In this document: positions 38,448-48,117 of the stretch, in pieces
Position numbering within the stretch: position 1 is the stretch's first letter
How the letters are laid out: each line of letters opens with the position of its first letter
Assembly: GCA_963845145.1 (NCBI GenBank)
Contig: CAWJQU010000004.1
Span: 160,001-224,000 of the forward strand
Reading direction: 5' to 3'
Origin: an uncultured delta proteobacterium
GTDB lineage: Bacteria > Desulfobacterota > Desulfobacteria > Desulfobacterales > QNYZ01
DNA length: 64,000 nt
The notes under the pieces: generated by a model
Databases searched by the model: none
The model's input: the letters and a program-made list of their open reading frames with translations, nothing else
Told to the model about the DNA's origin: nothing
Made by a program: the position numbers and the translations under genes

Positions 38448-38714
38448 TTACGGTAGGTTTCGATAGATATCCTTACGATGGCCAACCTTGACTATCAGAA
38501 TTACAAGGACCTCCTTTTGAACCTCATAGATTATGCGATAATCACCAGTGCGGACTTTGTGAAAAGGGTTATTCCCTTTCATTTTCGTGATGTCCGGATT
38601 CGGAAGATTTTCAGCCAGGCTGTCAATTTTTTCGATTACTCGCTTTCTGTCGGCTTTTGGAATCTTTTTGAGTGCTTTTGCGGCAGACCTTTTAACCGCT
38701 ATTCGGAAGCTCAA
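38448..38714 (-). CDS. RelE/ParE-family toxin
   Basis: SAAKALKKI, LAENLP...KMKG, KVRTGDYRIIYEV, VGHRKDIY. Confidence 0.93.
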   Translation of the reverse strand: MSFRIAVKRSAAKALKKIPKADRKRVIEKIDSLAENLPNPDITKMKGNNPFHKVRTGDYRIIYEVQKEVLVILIVKVGHRKDIYRNLP

Positions 38715-38962
38715 ATTTCAAGCTCCTTTTTCAAATCTTCCCAGGGTATTGGTTCTCCGGGTTCGTTTTTCGCTTTCCAGGCATCGTCAATATCAATTTG
38801 GTCCTCTATTTCCTGCAACAGCTTTAATTCTTTCATAGAAACCAGGGCGGCCATGGGCTCACCGCGACGAGTCAAAACGAAAGACTCATCTCCAAATGCG
38901 ACCCTATTGATTATATTGGAAAATTTTTTTCTGGCGTCAGCCGTCGTAATCTTGTTAAGCAT
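38711..38962 (-). CDS. Phd/YefM-family antitoxin
   Basis: TTADARKKFSNIINRV, VLTRRGEPMAALVS; 4-bp overlap with the toxin. Confidence 0.93.
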   Translation of the reverse strand: MLNKITTADARKKFSNIINRVAFGDESFVLTRRGEPMAALVSMKELKLLQEIEDQIDIDDAWKAKNEPGEPIPWEDLKKELEI

Positions 38963-38994
38963 AATGATTACCTCATAAGTGCAATATGTTCGTT

Positions 38995-39031
38995 TTGTAC
39001 AAATTGTACGTATTGATGCTTATATTGTCAA
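38995..39031 (-). promoter_or_regulatory. TA promoter with autoregulatory operator
   Basis: Minus strand TTGACA (39031-39026), 17-bp spacer, TACAAT (39008-39003); palindrome TTGTACAA (38995-39002) and a second TTGTAC overlapping the -10. Confidence 0.8.
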
Positions 39032-39060
39032 CTTATATAATTTTGTTTAATTCAGGGGTG

Positions 39061-39119
39061 TTATAAAATCACTGGTGTGGACGCTAAAAAACAAGCGCCA
39101 CACAGTTCAACCGTTATCG
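39061..39119 (+). repeat. attC site 3 (damaged R'')
   Basis: TTATAAA...CTGGTGTG-GACGCT loop AGCG-C-CACACAG-7-GTTATCG. Confidence 0.7.
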
Positions 39120-39239
39120 TGCCGAGCAAAGCTCGGTGCATCTTTCAGGGTGCAAGTCCCTGTCGGGTAAGGGTTAGTCACACCCACCCGTATCGAGTGT
39201 TGCGTCTGTGGCGGAGTTTCGGGTGGCCAGGAACGAACA
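39117..39239 (+). mobile_element. Second group II intron 5' remnant (about 120 nt)
   Basis: Near-identical to 36798-36918 (GGTGCATCTT.CAGGGTGCAAGTCCCTGTCGGG.AAGGGTTAG...CCCACCCGTATCGAGTGTTGCGTCTGTGGCGGAGTTTCGG...GGAACGAACA). Confidence 0.88.
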
Positions 39240-39489
39240 TGATGTAAAAATAAAAAAACAAAGCTAACACCCCGTCGCTTAAGACTGACCGACAGAAGGC
39301 GGCTTCGCCTTTTCTGTTCCCCTCGGCTTTCAGCCTCGGCGGCAATTATCTCAATTCTTCATAATATAAATAGTATGATAAATTTGTTGTAAATATTGGG
39401 TTTGAGGCTACGGATCAAGAACAAAAAGATCTTATCAATGCCGCTAAAGATATGTTTTTAAATGTGCTACAAATTAATGTTTGATAGAT

Positions 39490-39556
39490 TGAGAACCATG
39501 GCTTTCAGTGGATCGCGGTCCAAAAGCGGCCGTTCTCGCTGAAGGCAGCGTTCGGT
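39490..39556 (+). repeat. attC-like site (degenerate)
   Basis: TGAGAAC-6-TTTCAGTG ... CGCTGAA-6-GTTCGGT. Confidence 0.6.
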
Positions 39557-39667
39557 CGCTTTCTATAAATCAATGAAAATTCGAACTGACATCGATAACT
39601 TGTATTTCCAGCGGAGCGTTATCGGGTCCAACAAAATTCATGTTAGCAAAATCGAAAAAAAACTCAG

Positions 39668-40267
39668 ATGTATAAAATTCCTGCAACCCAGCATCGAACC
39701 GAAGAAACCATAAAAAGAAGTAAATTTATTGCAACAGTCGACCATGCTTGTAGAAAAGAAGATGTAAAGGCGTTTATTTCAATTATTAAAAAAGAGTTTC
39801 CAGATGCGTCACATCATTGCTGGGCATATGTTGCCGGTCCTCCTGGGGATACCGCCCGAATTGGCATGAGTGATGATGGAGAACCTCACGGGACAGCCGG
39901 AAAACCAATACTTTCCGTTCTTTTACATTCTGAAATTGGAGAAATCGTTGCGGTTGTTACAAGATATTTCGGAGGCACAAAACTCGGAACAGGCGGACTT
40001 GTTAGAGCATATTCCGGTTCTGTTAAAAACGCCCTTGCGGGACTATCGGTTAAAGAGAAAAGGGATGTTCTTTCCTTAACCGTTATTTTTGATTATTCAA
40101 AAATAACGGCTGTTAAACGGATGATTAAATCCTTTAATTCTGAGATTATTGAGGAAAATTATGGGGCGGATGTCTCTTTAAAGGTTGAAATACCTAAAAA
40201 TAGTGAAGATCATTTTACCTGTGCTATCACAGATTTGACAGGAGGGGAGATACTTATTGCCAAATAA
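39668..40267 (+). CDS. yigZ: YigZ/IMPACT family protein
   Basis: IKRSKFI, ASHHCWAY, SDDGEPHGTAGKP, VTRYFGGTKLGTGGLVRAY. Confidence 0.93.
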   Translation: MYKIPATQHRTEETIKRSKFIATVDHACRKEDVKAFISIIKKEFPDASHHCWAYVAGPPGDTARIGMSDDGEPHGTAGKPILSVLLHSEIGEIVAVVTRYFGGTKLGTGGLVRAYSGSVKNALAGLSVKEKRDVLSLTVIFDYSKITAVKRMIKSFNSEIIEENYGADVSLKVEIPKNSEDHFTCAITDLTGGEILIAK

Positions 40268-40397
40268 TATGAATAGATCACCACTAATTGCGGAACGATC
40301 ATTCTGTCTATGGCTTTTAGGAAAAGGCACAAGGGTTCGAGAATATATGCGATTACAAATTTTAATAAACGCCACTATAAATAACTTGAAGACAGGC

Positions 40398-42305
40398 ATG
40401 CTGTCGATTCCCTTAAGAGTGAGTATTACACTTTTTATAATATGTTTTGTTACGGTGGGCTGCACTCTAATAAAATTAAAAAAAGACGTAGACAGAGGTC
40501 AGGAATCGACCGTTATAATCGGGCGTATTCATGCAAATTTATCTGGAGATGGGCCGATTATTGTCGCTGCTTGCTCAACGAGTGAAGGAAATGAGGTCGC
40601 TCATTATACAGTTTTACATGATTCCGGTGAGTATGAACTCATGGTGGGTCAAGGAAATTATTACGTCTTTGCGTATTGGGATAAAAACAGCAACCTGGTT
40701 TATGAAGCAGGCGAACCGGCCGGGCAACATGGTGAACCAAAATTGGTCGTCGCGCCAGCGGTTGGTGTTGTTTTTGATATTGATGTCGTTATTCCCGAAG
40801 AGGGTAGAAGTATCGTGATACCCCACGGGTCAAAAATCTCATCGGTTATACCGCAAAAACTTCACAGTCGGCAGGCGGGCGACATAACAGATTTAGATGA
40901 TGAACGCTTTTCTGAGGAATATGGATCAAAAGGCTTTTGGGAACCAGGTTCATTTTTCAAGCAGTTTGGTGGAAATATCTATTTTCTCGAGGAATATGAT
41001 CCTGAAAAAACGCCGATCCTTTTTATACACGGTGCTGGCGGCACTCCCAAAGGCTGGTGGTATTTTGTTGAAAATATCGACAGAACGCGTTTTCAGCCAT
41101 GGTTTTTCTATTATCCGACCGGAGCCCGAATTGATAGTATGTCATACCTGTTGCTATGGAAATTATCAAATCTTCAAACCAAATATCAATTCAGCAAAAT
41201 TTATTTGACGGCGCACAGCATGGGCGGGTTGGTCGCCAGGTCTTTTATTGTTAATTATGGTGGGAAATTCCCCATTGTGAAACTTTTTATTTCATTGGCC
41301 ACCCCTTGGGGTGGGGATAAAATGGCCGAATATGGTGTTCGGCAATCTCCGGCGGTAATTCCGAGTTGGATAGATATGCAGCCGGAAGGTGATTTTATTA
41401 AATCTTTATACAGAAAAAAAATGCCGGACCATACCAGTTTTTATATGTTTTACGGCCACAGGGGAAGTAGAAATCCTTTTACCTCGAATAATGACGGCAC
41501 AATTACCCTATCCAGTCTCCTGGACTATCGGCCCCAATCCGAGGCTAAAATGAATTTTGCATTTAATGAGGACCATGCAAGTATCATTTTCAGCAAGGAG
41601 GTACTGGCGCAGTATAATGCAATTCTCAATGAGTTTGATGAAGAACAAAGTGACTCACACCATCGATCCGGGGGATACATTAAAGTTAACTTTGCATACA
41701 ACTATGATTTCGTTGGGGTGAGTCCCAGTCCTACGCTAATACTTCGTTCCATCGGCAAAAAGGATGCGGATACCGTTATCTTCTTGCGTGCTGATGATAA
41801 TGGTAGGATTCTTGGACCTTTTCCCTCCGGAAGATATTTAACAAATATGGTTACGACGGCCGGAAAGCCAATGAAAAAGAATATCCCTGTCTTTATTGAG
41901 AGTAATGATACAAGGGAACTGGATTTCGTTTTTAATCCTGACGGGGTGATTCGCGGATGTGTAACTGCGTCACTGGAAGCGGATGACAAAATTGTTGGAA
42001 TGCCGGATTATAAATATCGCTCCGTCGATAAAAAAGTAAAGATCCAGTCGATTACGTTGAAAGGCAGCAAGGTTTTTCGGAACCTCGTACAAACTAGGGG
42101 TGAAGATGTCGATAACTATGATTACCTTATTTCGCGTAATGATTTCTGCTACAATACATGCTTTGGTTTTTTTGGGTTGCCTGCTGGGGATTACAAACTT
42201 ACCATTAAATCCGAAGGCTATCGATCCATCGTAAAAAATTATTCCGTCATGCCTGGAATACCAGCATATTTCCGGATTACTGAATTGGCACCGGATGGGC
42301 CTTAA
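40398..42305 (+). CDS. Lipoprotein alpha/beta-hydrolase with extra beta-rich domains
   Basis: Lipobox-like VTVGC, LFIHGAGG, AHSMGG nucleophile elbow, NDG and EDH. Confidence 0.8.
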   Translation: MLSIPLRVSITLFIICFVTVGCTLIKLKKDVDRGQESTVIIGRIHANLSGDGPIIVAACSTSEGNEVAHYTVLHDSGEYELMVGQGNYYVFAYWDKNSNLVYEAGEPAGQHGEPKLVVAPAVGVVFDIDVVIPEEGRSIVIPHGSKISSVIPQKLHSRQAGDITDLDDERFSEEYGSKGFWEPGSFFKQFGGNIYFLEEYDPEKTPILFIHGAGGTPKGWWYFVENIDRTRFQPWFFYYPTGARIDSMSYLLLWKLSNLQTKYQFSKIYLTAHSMGGLVARSFIVNYGGKFPIVKLFISLATPWGGDKMAEYGVRQSPAVIPSWIDMQPEGDFIKSLYRKKMPDHTSFYMFYGHRGSRNPFTSNNDGTITLSSLLDYRPQSEAKMNFAFNEDHASIIFSKEVLAQYNAILNEFDEEQSDSHHRSGGYIKVNFAYNYDFVGVSPSPTLILRSIGKKDADTVIFLRADDNGRILGPFPSGRYLTNMVTTAGKPMKKNIPVFIESNDTRELDFVFNPDGVIRGCVTASLEADDKIVGMPDYKYRSVDKKVKIQSITLKGSKVFRNLVQTRGEDVDNYDYLISRNDFCYNTCFGFFGLPAGDYKLTIKSEGYRSIVKNYSVMPGIPAYFRITELAPDGP

Positions 42306-42498
42306 GGTTATCGTCAATTGAAGGCTGCAAGTATTTTTAATAAACAAAGTGGTAAAGCTTAACGTCCGTTTAAACAGACAAAAATCAGTGCATTTGGCCT
42401 GTATATCCAGGCAGTCGTTTTTGCAGAGTGTATTCATTCTGCCAAGGCTTTTACGGGTTTTTTCAGCAGAACTTCATGTTTGGCCGGAGATAGATATC

Positions 42499-43110
42499 AT
42501 GCATCAGCATGTGACAATGCTTCGATCTGCGAACCCCAGCATAGACGAGGGACGGTTGTTTGCACGCTATCTCGACATAGCTGCTGAAGGTTTTTTCCGT
42601 TTTTGGCTCGGGCGCCACGTTGTGGACATCGTCGCCGCGGCATTCATTCAGGCCAATCACGACCTCTCTTATGAGAACGTGACCTTCGCCGTCCGTGATA
42701 AGGTCATTGTGGGAATGGTCTCGGGCTATACTTCCGAGCAGCATCGCTGTTCCTCGGGTCGGCCTCTGAAACAGGCGGCGGGTAGATCTAAATTGCGGAT
42801 GATGGTTATATCAATCCTGTTTGCACCAATACTTCGAATTATTGACACTATCAATGATGGCGATTTTTACCTCCAGGCCATTGCTGTCGACAAGGAACTT
42901 CGTGGCGATAGCTTCGGTTCGGCCATGCTGGACTATATTGAGGACCGGGCGATTGCCAGTGGATCAACCCGACTCGCCCTCGACGTCTCTGCCAAGAATG
43001 AGGGGGCTCGCAGGCTCTACGAGCGCCGAGGAATGACCGTCGCGTCGCAGTGGCCGAGGCGCCTGGCCATACCAGGATTGAGGTTCCTTCGAATGACGAA
43101 AACAATCTGA
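42499..43110 (+). CDS. GNAT-family N-acetyltransferase
   Basis: YLQAIAVDKELRGDSFGSAML, NEGARRLYERRG; ATG follows GGAG. Confidence 0.85.
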   Translation: MHQHVTMLRSANPSIDEGRLFARYLDIAAEGFFRFWLGRHVVDIVAAAFIQANHDLSYENVTFAVRDKVIVGMVSGYTSEQHRCSSGRPLKQAAGRSKLRMMVISILFAPILRIIDTINDGDFYLQAIAVDKELRGDSFGSAMLDYIEDRAIASGSTRLALDVSAKNEGARRLYERRGMTVASQWPRRLAIPGLRFLRMTKTI

Positions 43111-43196
43111 GCCTTCGCAGGGACCCTTTCCGATGGCGTATCGGGGCATGGATATAGGATTACCGAATAGAACAACAGAACCTGGCAGGTGCACTT

Positions 43197-44192
43197 ATGA
43201 AAGCGATTTTACACACAAGATACGGACCACCGGATGAGCTTCAGCTCAAAGAGATAGACAAACCAGTTCCTAAAGACAATGAAGTCCTGATAAAAATACA
43301 CGCGACAAGCGTAACATCAACAGACTGTAATGTTCGCAACTTCACATTTGTCCCTGGTGTGTTTCAGCTCCCCGCACGACTGTTCATGTTTGGTGTTTTT
43401 AAGCCCAGAATCAATATCCTGGGGATTGACTTGGCCGGCGAAATTGAGGCGGTGGGCAAGGATGTGAAACGTTTTAAAGCAGGCGACCCGGTTTTTGGAA
43501 CACCTGGTATGAGATTTGGCGCCCATGCAGAGTACACATGCGTGCCGGAAGACGGGGTGCTGACCATAAAACCAGCCAACATGACTTGGGAAGAAGCGGC
43601 CCCCATTTTTTTGGGGGCGAGTACTGCGTTGTTTTACCTTCGAGATAAGGGGAATATTCAAGCTGAACATAAAATCCTGATCTATGGTGCTTCCGGTGCG
43701 ATCGGCACCTATGCTGTACAGCTTGCCAAATACTTTGGCGCCGAAGTTACAGGGGTATGTAGCACCGCGAATTTGGAGATGGTGAAATCCCTTGGGGCCG
43801 ATAATGTCATTGATTACACCCAAGAGGATTATACCAAAAGCGGTGAGACCTATGACCTTATTCTGGATACCGTCGGCAAGACGTCGTTTTCAAACTGTAA
43901 AAATTCACTGACGAAAAAAGGTATTTATCTTCCGGTTGTAATGAAGCTGGTAGAGCTTGTTCAAATAATGTGGACCTCAATGGCAGACGGTAAGAAAGTT
44001 AAGGGCGGCGTAGCGGGCGAAAGTTTAGAAGATCTGGATTTCTTCAAAACCCTTTTTGAGGAAGGGAAGCTAAAACCGGTCATAGATAGGCGCTATCCGC
44101 TGGAACAGGCTGCCGAGGCATTCCGATATGTTGAACAGGGTCACAAAAAGGGTAATGTCGTCATAACCGTCGGGCATAATAATAAAACCTGA
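43197..44192 (+). CDS. NAD(P)-dependent MDR-family oxidoreductase (quinone-reductase-like)
   Basis: [56 protein letters not shown]. Confidence 0.9.
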   Translation: MKAILHTRYGPPDELQLKEIDKPVPKDNEVLIKIHATSVTSTDCNVRNFTFVPGVFQLPARLFMFGVFKPRINILGIDLAGEIEAVGKDVKRFKAGDPVFGTPGMRFGAHAEYTCVPEDGVLTIKPANMTWEEAAPIFLGASTALFYLRDKGNIQAEHKILIYGASGAIGTYAVQLAKYFGAEVTGVCSTANLEMVKSLGADNVIDYTQEDYTKSGETYDLILDTVGKTSFSNCKNSLTKKGIYLPVVMKLVELVQIMWTSMADGKKVKGGVAGESLEDLDFFKTLFEEGKLKPVIDRRYPLEQAAEAFRYVEQGHKKGNVVITVGHNNKT

Positions 44193-44193
44193 T

Positions 44194-44295
44194 TTGGAAT
44201 CATCAAAAGGAATATTTCTAAAAACGATTATTCCGAGTCGAAAAGCTACCCGCGATTATTTAGGAGAAAAAAATGAGCAAGATAAAATTGGATAA
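44194..44295 (+). pseudogene. 3' remnant of a BrnT-like toxin
   Basis: Hand translation ESSKGIFLKTIIPSRKATRDYLGEKNEQDKIG*, overlapping the start of the antitoxin; N-terminal part absent. Confidence 0.65.
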
Positions 44296-44581
44296 AGAAG
44301 AAAAAGAAATTCTTGACTCTTTTGAACGTGGAGAATGGAAACAAGTTAAAAATCTTAAGTCAGAGATAAAAAATCATCAAAGATACGCCAGAAAAACGTT
44401 AAAAAAGGACAAACGCGTTAATATTAGAATTTCATCTAAAGACCTTGAAGAGATTCAATTGCTCGCAATTGAAAATGGTATCCTTTATCAAACACTCATG
44501 ACAAGCATCCTTCACCGCTATGTTCACGGGAGCCTCATTGATAAACCAAGGCCGGCCAAGGCACTTAACCCAAATAGCTGA
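44273..44581 (+). CDS. CopG/BrnA-like ribbon-helix-helix antitoxin
   Basis: LDKEEKEILDSFERGEW, KDKRVNIRISSKDL...GILYQTLMTSILH. Confidence 0.8.
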   Translation: MSKIKLDKEEKEILDSFERGEWKQVKNLKSEIKNHQRYARKTLKKDKRVNIRISSKDLEEIQLLAIENGILYQTLMTSILHRYVHGSLIDKPRPAKALNPNS

Positions 44582-44642
44582 ACCCGTAGTTTCTCGCGTC
44601 GGAAGCGGACCAGAGAACTATCACAATCGGGAGTATGTTGAG

Positions 44643-45887
44643 ATGAAAGAAAAAAGATTAAAGAGAAGGAAATTTCTTGGGCTTTCAGGACTGGTGGCAG
44701 GAGGGCTTGCTCTTTTTGGCGGTTTCAAACTGGTTAAGGATGATATTTTTACTCAAAAGGATTCTCCTTCTAAGGCTTTATCTCAATGGGTCTCCGACGG
44801 TGGTATTAAAATCGACGAAAAGAAGAGCGCTGTATTTCTATCTGCCGCACAAAATAAAGATGATATGGAAGAGGCGATAATAAAGGCTGTAGAAGCAGCA
44901 ACCCATTTTCACTGGCTGAAAATGGGACAAACGGTTTTTATTAAACCCGTCGTTAATTCCGGTTACGCCTATCCATCCACAACCAATCCCGTAGCCATCT
45001 CGGCCATGATAAAACTTCTTAAACGAAAAGGAGCGGGTAGAGTTATTGTGGGAGATATGTCGGGAATCGAGCACTTGCGATTTTACAAGGACCACACAAC
45101 CGGCAGTACAAGAGATTTGATGAAAAAGTCAGGGATAATGCCCGCCATTGAGAAAGCTGGTGGTGAGCCCCACTTTTTTGAAGAAGGCGGATGGGACGCC
45201 TTTTACAAAGATCATACGGATATAAAAGGCTTCTGGGACAATGGCCTGATGATGCCCGCCATATTAAACGATGTGGATCATATTGTACTAATGCCGCGTT
45301 GTTCCAGGCATATATTAGCCGGCGCTTCACTGGGTCTCAAAGCGGTGGTCGGCTACTGGAGAACGGATACAAGACTACAATATCATTATCATGCCAAATC
45401 ATTTCATGAAAGAACCGCCGAGGGGAACAGGGCAAAAACGCTTTTAGACAAACAGCGACTGGTCGTTTCCACAGGAGACAAACTCCTTGCCAATTTTGGG
45501 CCTGATAAGGGATACATCCATACACCGTCAGCCGAATTGGTTATTGCGTCAGAATCGATTGTCGCGCATGATATGGTATCGCTGGCCTGGCTATTACATA
45601 ACAGAAAACGGCTACCCACCGATGAACAAGACACATTTATAGACACGAGCGCGACAGTTGCCAAGATAGCCAATACGATGGTGGTAAAATGGTTGGGCAC
45701 TTTAGGCAATAGCCTGACGTCCGAAACACTATTGAAAAACGACTTAAAAAGCATCTGGGATGACAAAGTTCTGAACCATGCATACAAGGTTTTTGGTGGC
45801 ATACCCGATATTCACCTTGAGAATGTTCAGCACACGGTACCCGATAAGATAATGGAAAAACTTCAACAGATGATTCAGTATTCATAG
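44643..45887 (+). CDS. DUF362-family protein with Tat-like signal
   Basis: KRRKFLG, VFIKPVVN, TTNP, DHIVLMPRCSRH...LGLKAVVG. Confidence 0.75.
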   Translation: MKEKRLKRRKFLGLSGLVAGGLALFGGFKLVKDDIFTQKDSPSKALSQWVSDGGIKIDEKKSAVFLSAAQNKDDMEEAIIKAVEAATHFHWLKMGQTVFIKPVVNSGYAYPSTTNPVAISAMIKLLKRKGAGRVIVGDMSGIEHLRFYKDHTTGSTRDLMKKSGIMPAIEKAGGEPHFFEEGGWDAFYKDHTDIKGFWDNGLMMPAILNDVDHIVLMPRCSRHILAGASLGLKAVVGYWRTDTRLQYHYHAKSFHERTAEGNRAKTLLDKQRLVVSTGDKLLANFGPDKGYIHTPSAELVIASESIVAHDMVSLAWLLHNRKRLPTDEQDTFIDTSATVAKIANTMVVKWLGTLGNSLTSETLLKNDLKSIWDDKVLNHAYKVFGGIPDIHLENVQHTVPDKIMEKLQQMIQYS

Positions 45888-46061
45888 GTGGCAATGCCAC
45901 TTGGATGTTTATTTTCTGAGTTATGAACAATTCTGACTGGTGCAATTTGATGAAAAACACACAATTTTACCCTTAATTTGGCCTTATATCGAATTTTTAA
46001 GAGACGAAGAGCGTATTTTTCCATCATAAAAAGAAGGTACAACAAGAAGGAGTGGAAAAAA

Positions 46062-46319
46062 ATGAAACGATATGGGTATATGATTTTGGCTTTTCTGGTA
46101 CTTGCAGGCCTATTTGGGTGTAGCTCGGAGCCCAATGAGCCCATGGGAGAAATAAAGGATCAAGGGCGTGAAGAGACCAAAAAGATAGAGGCCATTGGTG
46201 CCGTAGGCTATGATGGTAAGGCCGTCAGGCAGAAGGTTGACAAAATGTTGGATGCTAACGAGAAGCGTATTCGAGAGCTCGAAAAGACGGTGCAGAAGGC
46301 ATCCGGCGAGAGCGATTAG
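46062..46319 (+). CDS. Small lipoprotein, hypothetical
   Basis: MKRYGYMILAFLVLAGLFGC lipobox. Confidence 0.7.
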   Translation: MKRYGYMILAFLVLAGLFGCSSEPNEPMGEIKDQGREETKKIEAIGAVGYDGKAVRQKVDKMLDANEKRIRELEKTVQKASGESD

Positions 46320-46474
46320 GATTTATCTGTCGGGCTTTTATCAGGATGAGGACTATCTCCTGGGTTGCAGCTATGTGTAAGTACGTTTTGCCGATTACAA
46401 CATTCGCTTATCTTGTCTCCGGTGGGATTCCCTTATAACACCCGATTAAACGGTTAGGCCACAAAGGGGGGTCG

Positions 46475-46870
46475 ATGGAAATAAAGGAGCTGTCAACTTG
46501 TTTTTGTACAAATGACGTCGATGCGTGTCGCAAGTTCTATATACAACACTTTTCAGCAGAGGCTACTTTTGATTGTGGCTGGTATGTCAACTTATCCATT
46601 GGTGGTGATGGGCCGACGATTCAGTTTATGCAACCTCAAGAAAATATGCCGACATTTGGCGGTGCAGGTGTCATGCTTAATTTGAAAGTTGATGATGTTG
46701 ACAAAGAGCATTCTATATTGGCAGAAGCAGGTTTGCAAATCGCCATGCCCATAGAGGATCATCCCTGGGGGGATAGGGGCTTTTCCGTAATCGATCCCAT
46801 CGGCAACGCCGTCTATATCTATTCTGATCGCGAGCCCTCAGAAGAATTCAAACAATACTATAAGGACTAA
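46475..46870 (+). CDS. VOC/glyoxalase-family protein (cassette-like)
   Basis: FDCGWYVNL, VDDVD, DHPWGDRGFSVIDPIGN; GTTAGGC upstream (46453) and GACTAAC across the stop codon. Confidence 0.9.
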   Translation: MEIKELSTCFCTNDVDACRKFYIQHFSAEATFDCGWYVNLSIGGDGPTIQFMQPQENMPTFGGAGVMLNLKVDDVDKEHSILAEAGLQIAMPIEDHPWGDRGFSVIDPIGNAVYIYSDREPSEEFKQYYKD

Positions 46871-47153
46871 CAGGAAGCATCCCCGGCTTTGGTGGGTTTT
46901 ATGCTCAATCCTCATGTTCCCAACGGAGGGTTCGATTAATGCCGCCCTTGGTGGTAGCTGAAAATGATATCGAGAAACTAATAGCAGCCTTGATGGATGT
47001 TTTAAAAAAGAGATAAGAGGAATGGCCGTACATTCCACTGTAAGCCCTTGCAATGGCTTAGGATATGGTAAATATGAGAGCATCTTATAGGGTTTGGGTC
47101 TTGATTGAAGGGTCGCGTACCAGGCATCTCGTTTTTGGTATCAAGGAGGTGTA

Positions 47154-47447
47154 ATGTTTGCTGTAATCTTTAGAGCGAAATCCGGATCACAGGATGAAGT
47201 GTATGGAAAAACCGTATCAAAACTGAGAGAACTTGCTTTTGAAAAATACGGTTGTTTAGATTTTATTGCTGTCACTGAAGACGGGCAGGAAATAGTGATT
47301 TCCTATTGGGAGAGCGAAGAGTCGATTCGGCGATGGAAAAGCGACGTCGAACACGCTTTGGCTCAAGAACTTGGGCGTTCAAAATGGTATGAATCCTATA
47401 TCGTTCAAGTTGCAGAAATTAAACGTGAATATGCCCACAAACCATAA
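47154..47447 (+). CDS. Antibiotic biosynthesis monooxygenase family protein
   Basis: MFAVIF, ISYWESEESIRRWK, HALAQELGRSKWY. Confidence 0.85.
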   Translation: MFAVIFRAKSGSQDEVYGKTVSKLRELAFEKYGCLDFIAVTEDGQEIVISYWESEESIRRWKSDVEHALAQELGRSKWYESYIVQVAEIKREYAHKP

Positions 47448-47522
47448 ATGGCATGTTGCGGCCATTTTTTGGGTTCTGCAACTTTTAAATACTCGACGTA
47501 ACTTCAAAGCCATGGGATAACG

Positions 47523-48001
47523 ATGAACGAAAAAAGTGGTTGCCAATTGTGCGGAGAAGGCCCCGAGGCCAATGAAAGGTATATCGTGTACTGTCGAATA
47601 TCGGCCGTATTGTTTTCAGTGTTTGGCGTGCAATAAAATACTTTCCATTTTATTCCGCGTTGCACAGAGCGCTTTGGAAGTATGTTGGTGTTGAAGCAGC
47701 ATCGATCCTCGCATCCGTTTTTACTTTAGACGATCCAAAGCAATTGAGGGATCTGTTTGAAAAGGCCGGGCTTAAAAATATGGATATTTGCCTAAAAATC
47801 AAACAGATGCGCTATTCTTTTTTGGAAAAATTTCTTGTGGGTGGTTTTGCTGCTTCTCCGTTTACTGATGATATCCTGGCCTTGGAATCGGCCAAACGAG
47901 AAGAGATGTTTGAGATGATCAAAACGTCTATTTCGAACTATATTGACGATCATGGCCTTGCAGCGCCAATGGAATGTTATGTTATCTCCGCGATGAAATA
48001 A
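47523..48001 (+). pseudogene. Class I SAM-methyltransferase pseudogene (central region deleted)
   Basis: MNEKSGCQLCGEGPEANERYIV joined out of frame to GRIVFSVWRAIKYFPFYSALHRAL...LFEKAGL; no SAM-binding GxG motif. Confidence 0.55.
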
Positions 48002-48117
48002 AACTTAGCGGGTGTCGTGCAGGCAGTTGTTCCTAAATGCCCCAGGACAAGCATTTAATTCACAAGTCTGGTACCGACTATCAAGATCCAAAGTGTCAGG
48101 CGGATATAGGAAATGTG

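Noticed and set aside
36692..39660. CRISPR array or retron/DGR reading of the repeats and RT
   Set aside because: No identical repeats with regular spacers and no cas genes. The RT motifs are group II intron type, and the duplicated 120 nt is the intron 5' end, not a template/variable repeat pair in a target gene.
42357..42484. attC-like stretch before the GNAT gene (GCTTAAC...GTTTGGC)
   Set aside because: L boxes pair poorly; too degenerate to list as a feature
44545..44600. attC-like stretch after the orphan antitoxin
   Set aside because: No AAC-containing R'' at the right spacing; only a weak GCTGAA...GTT
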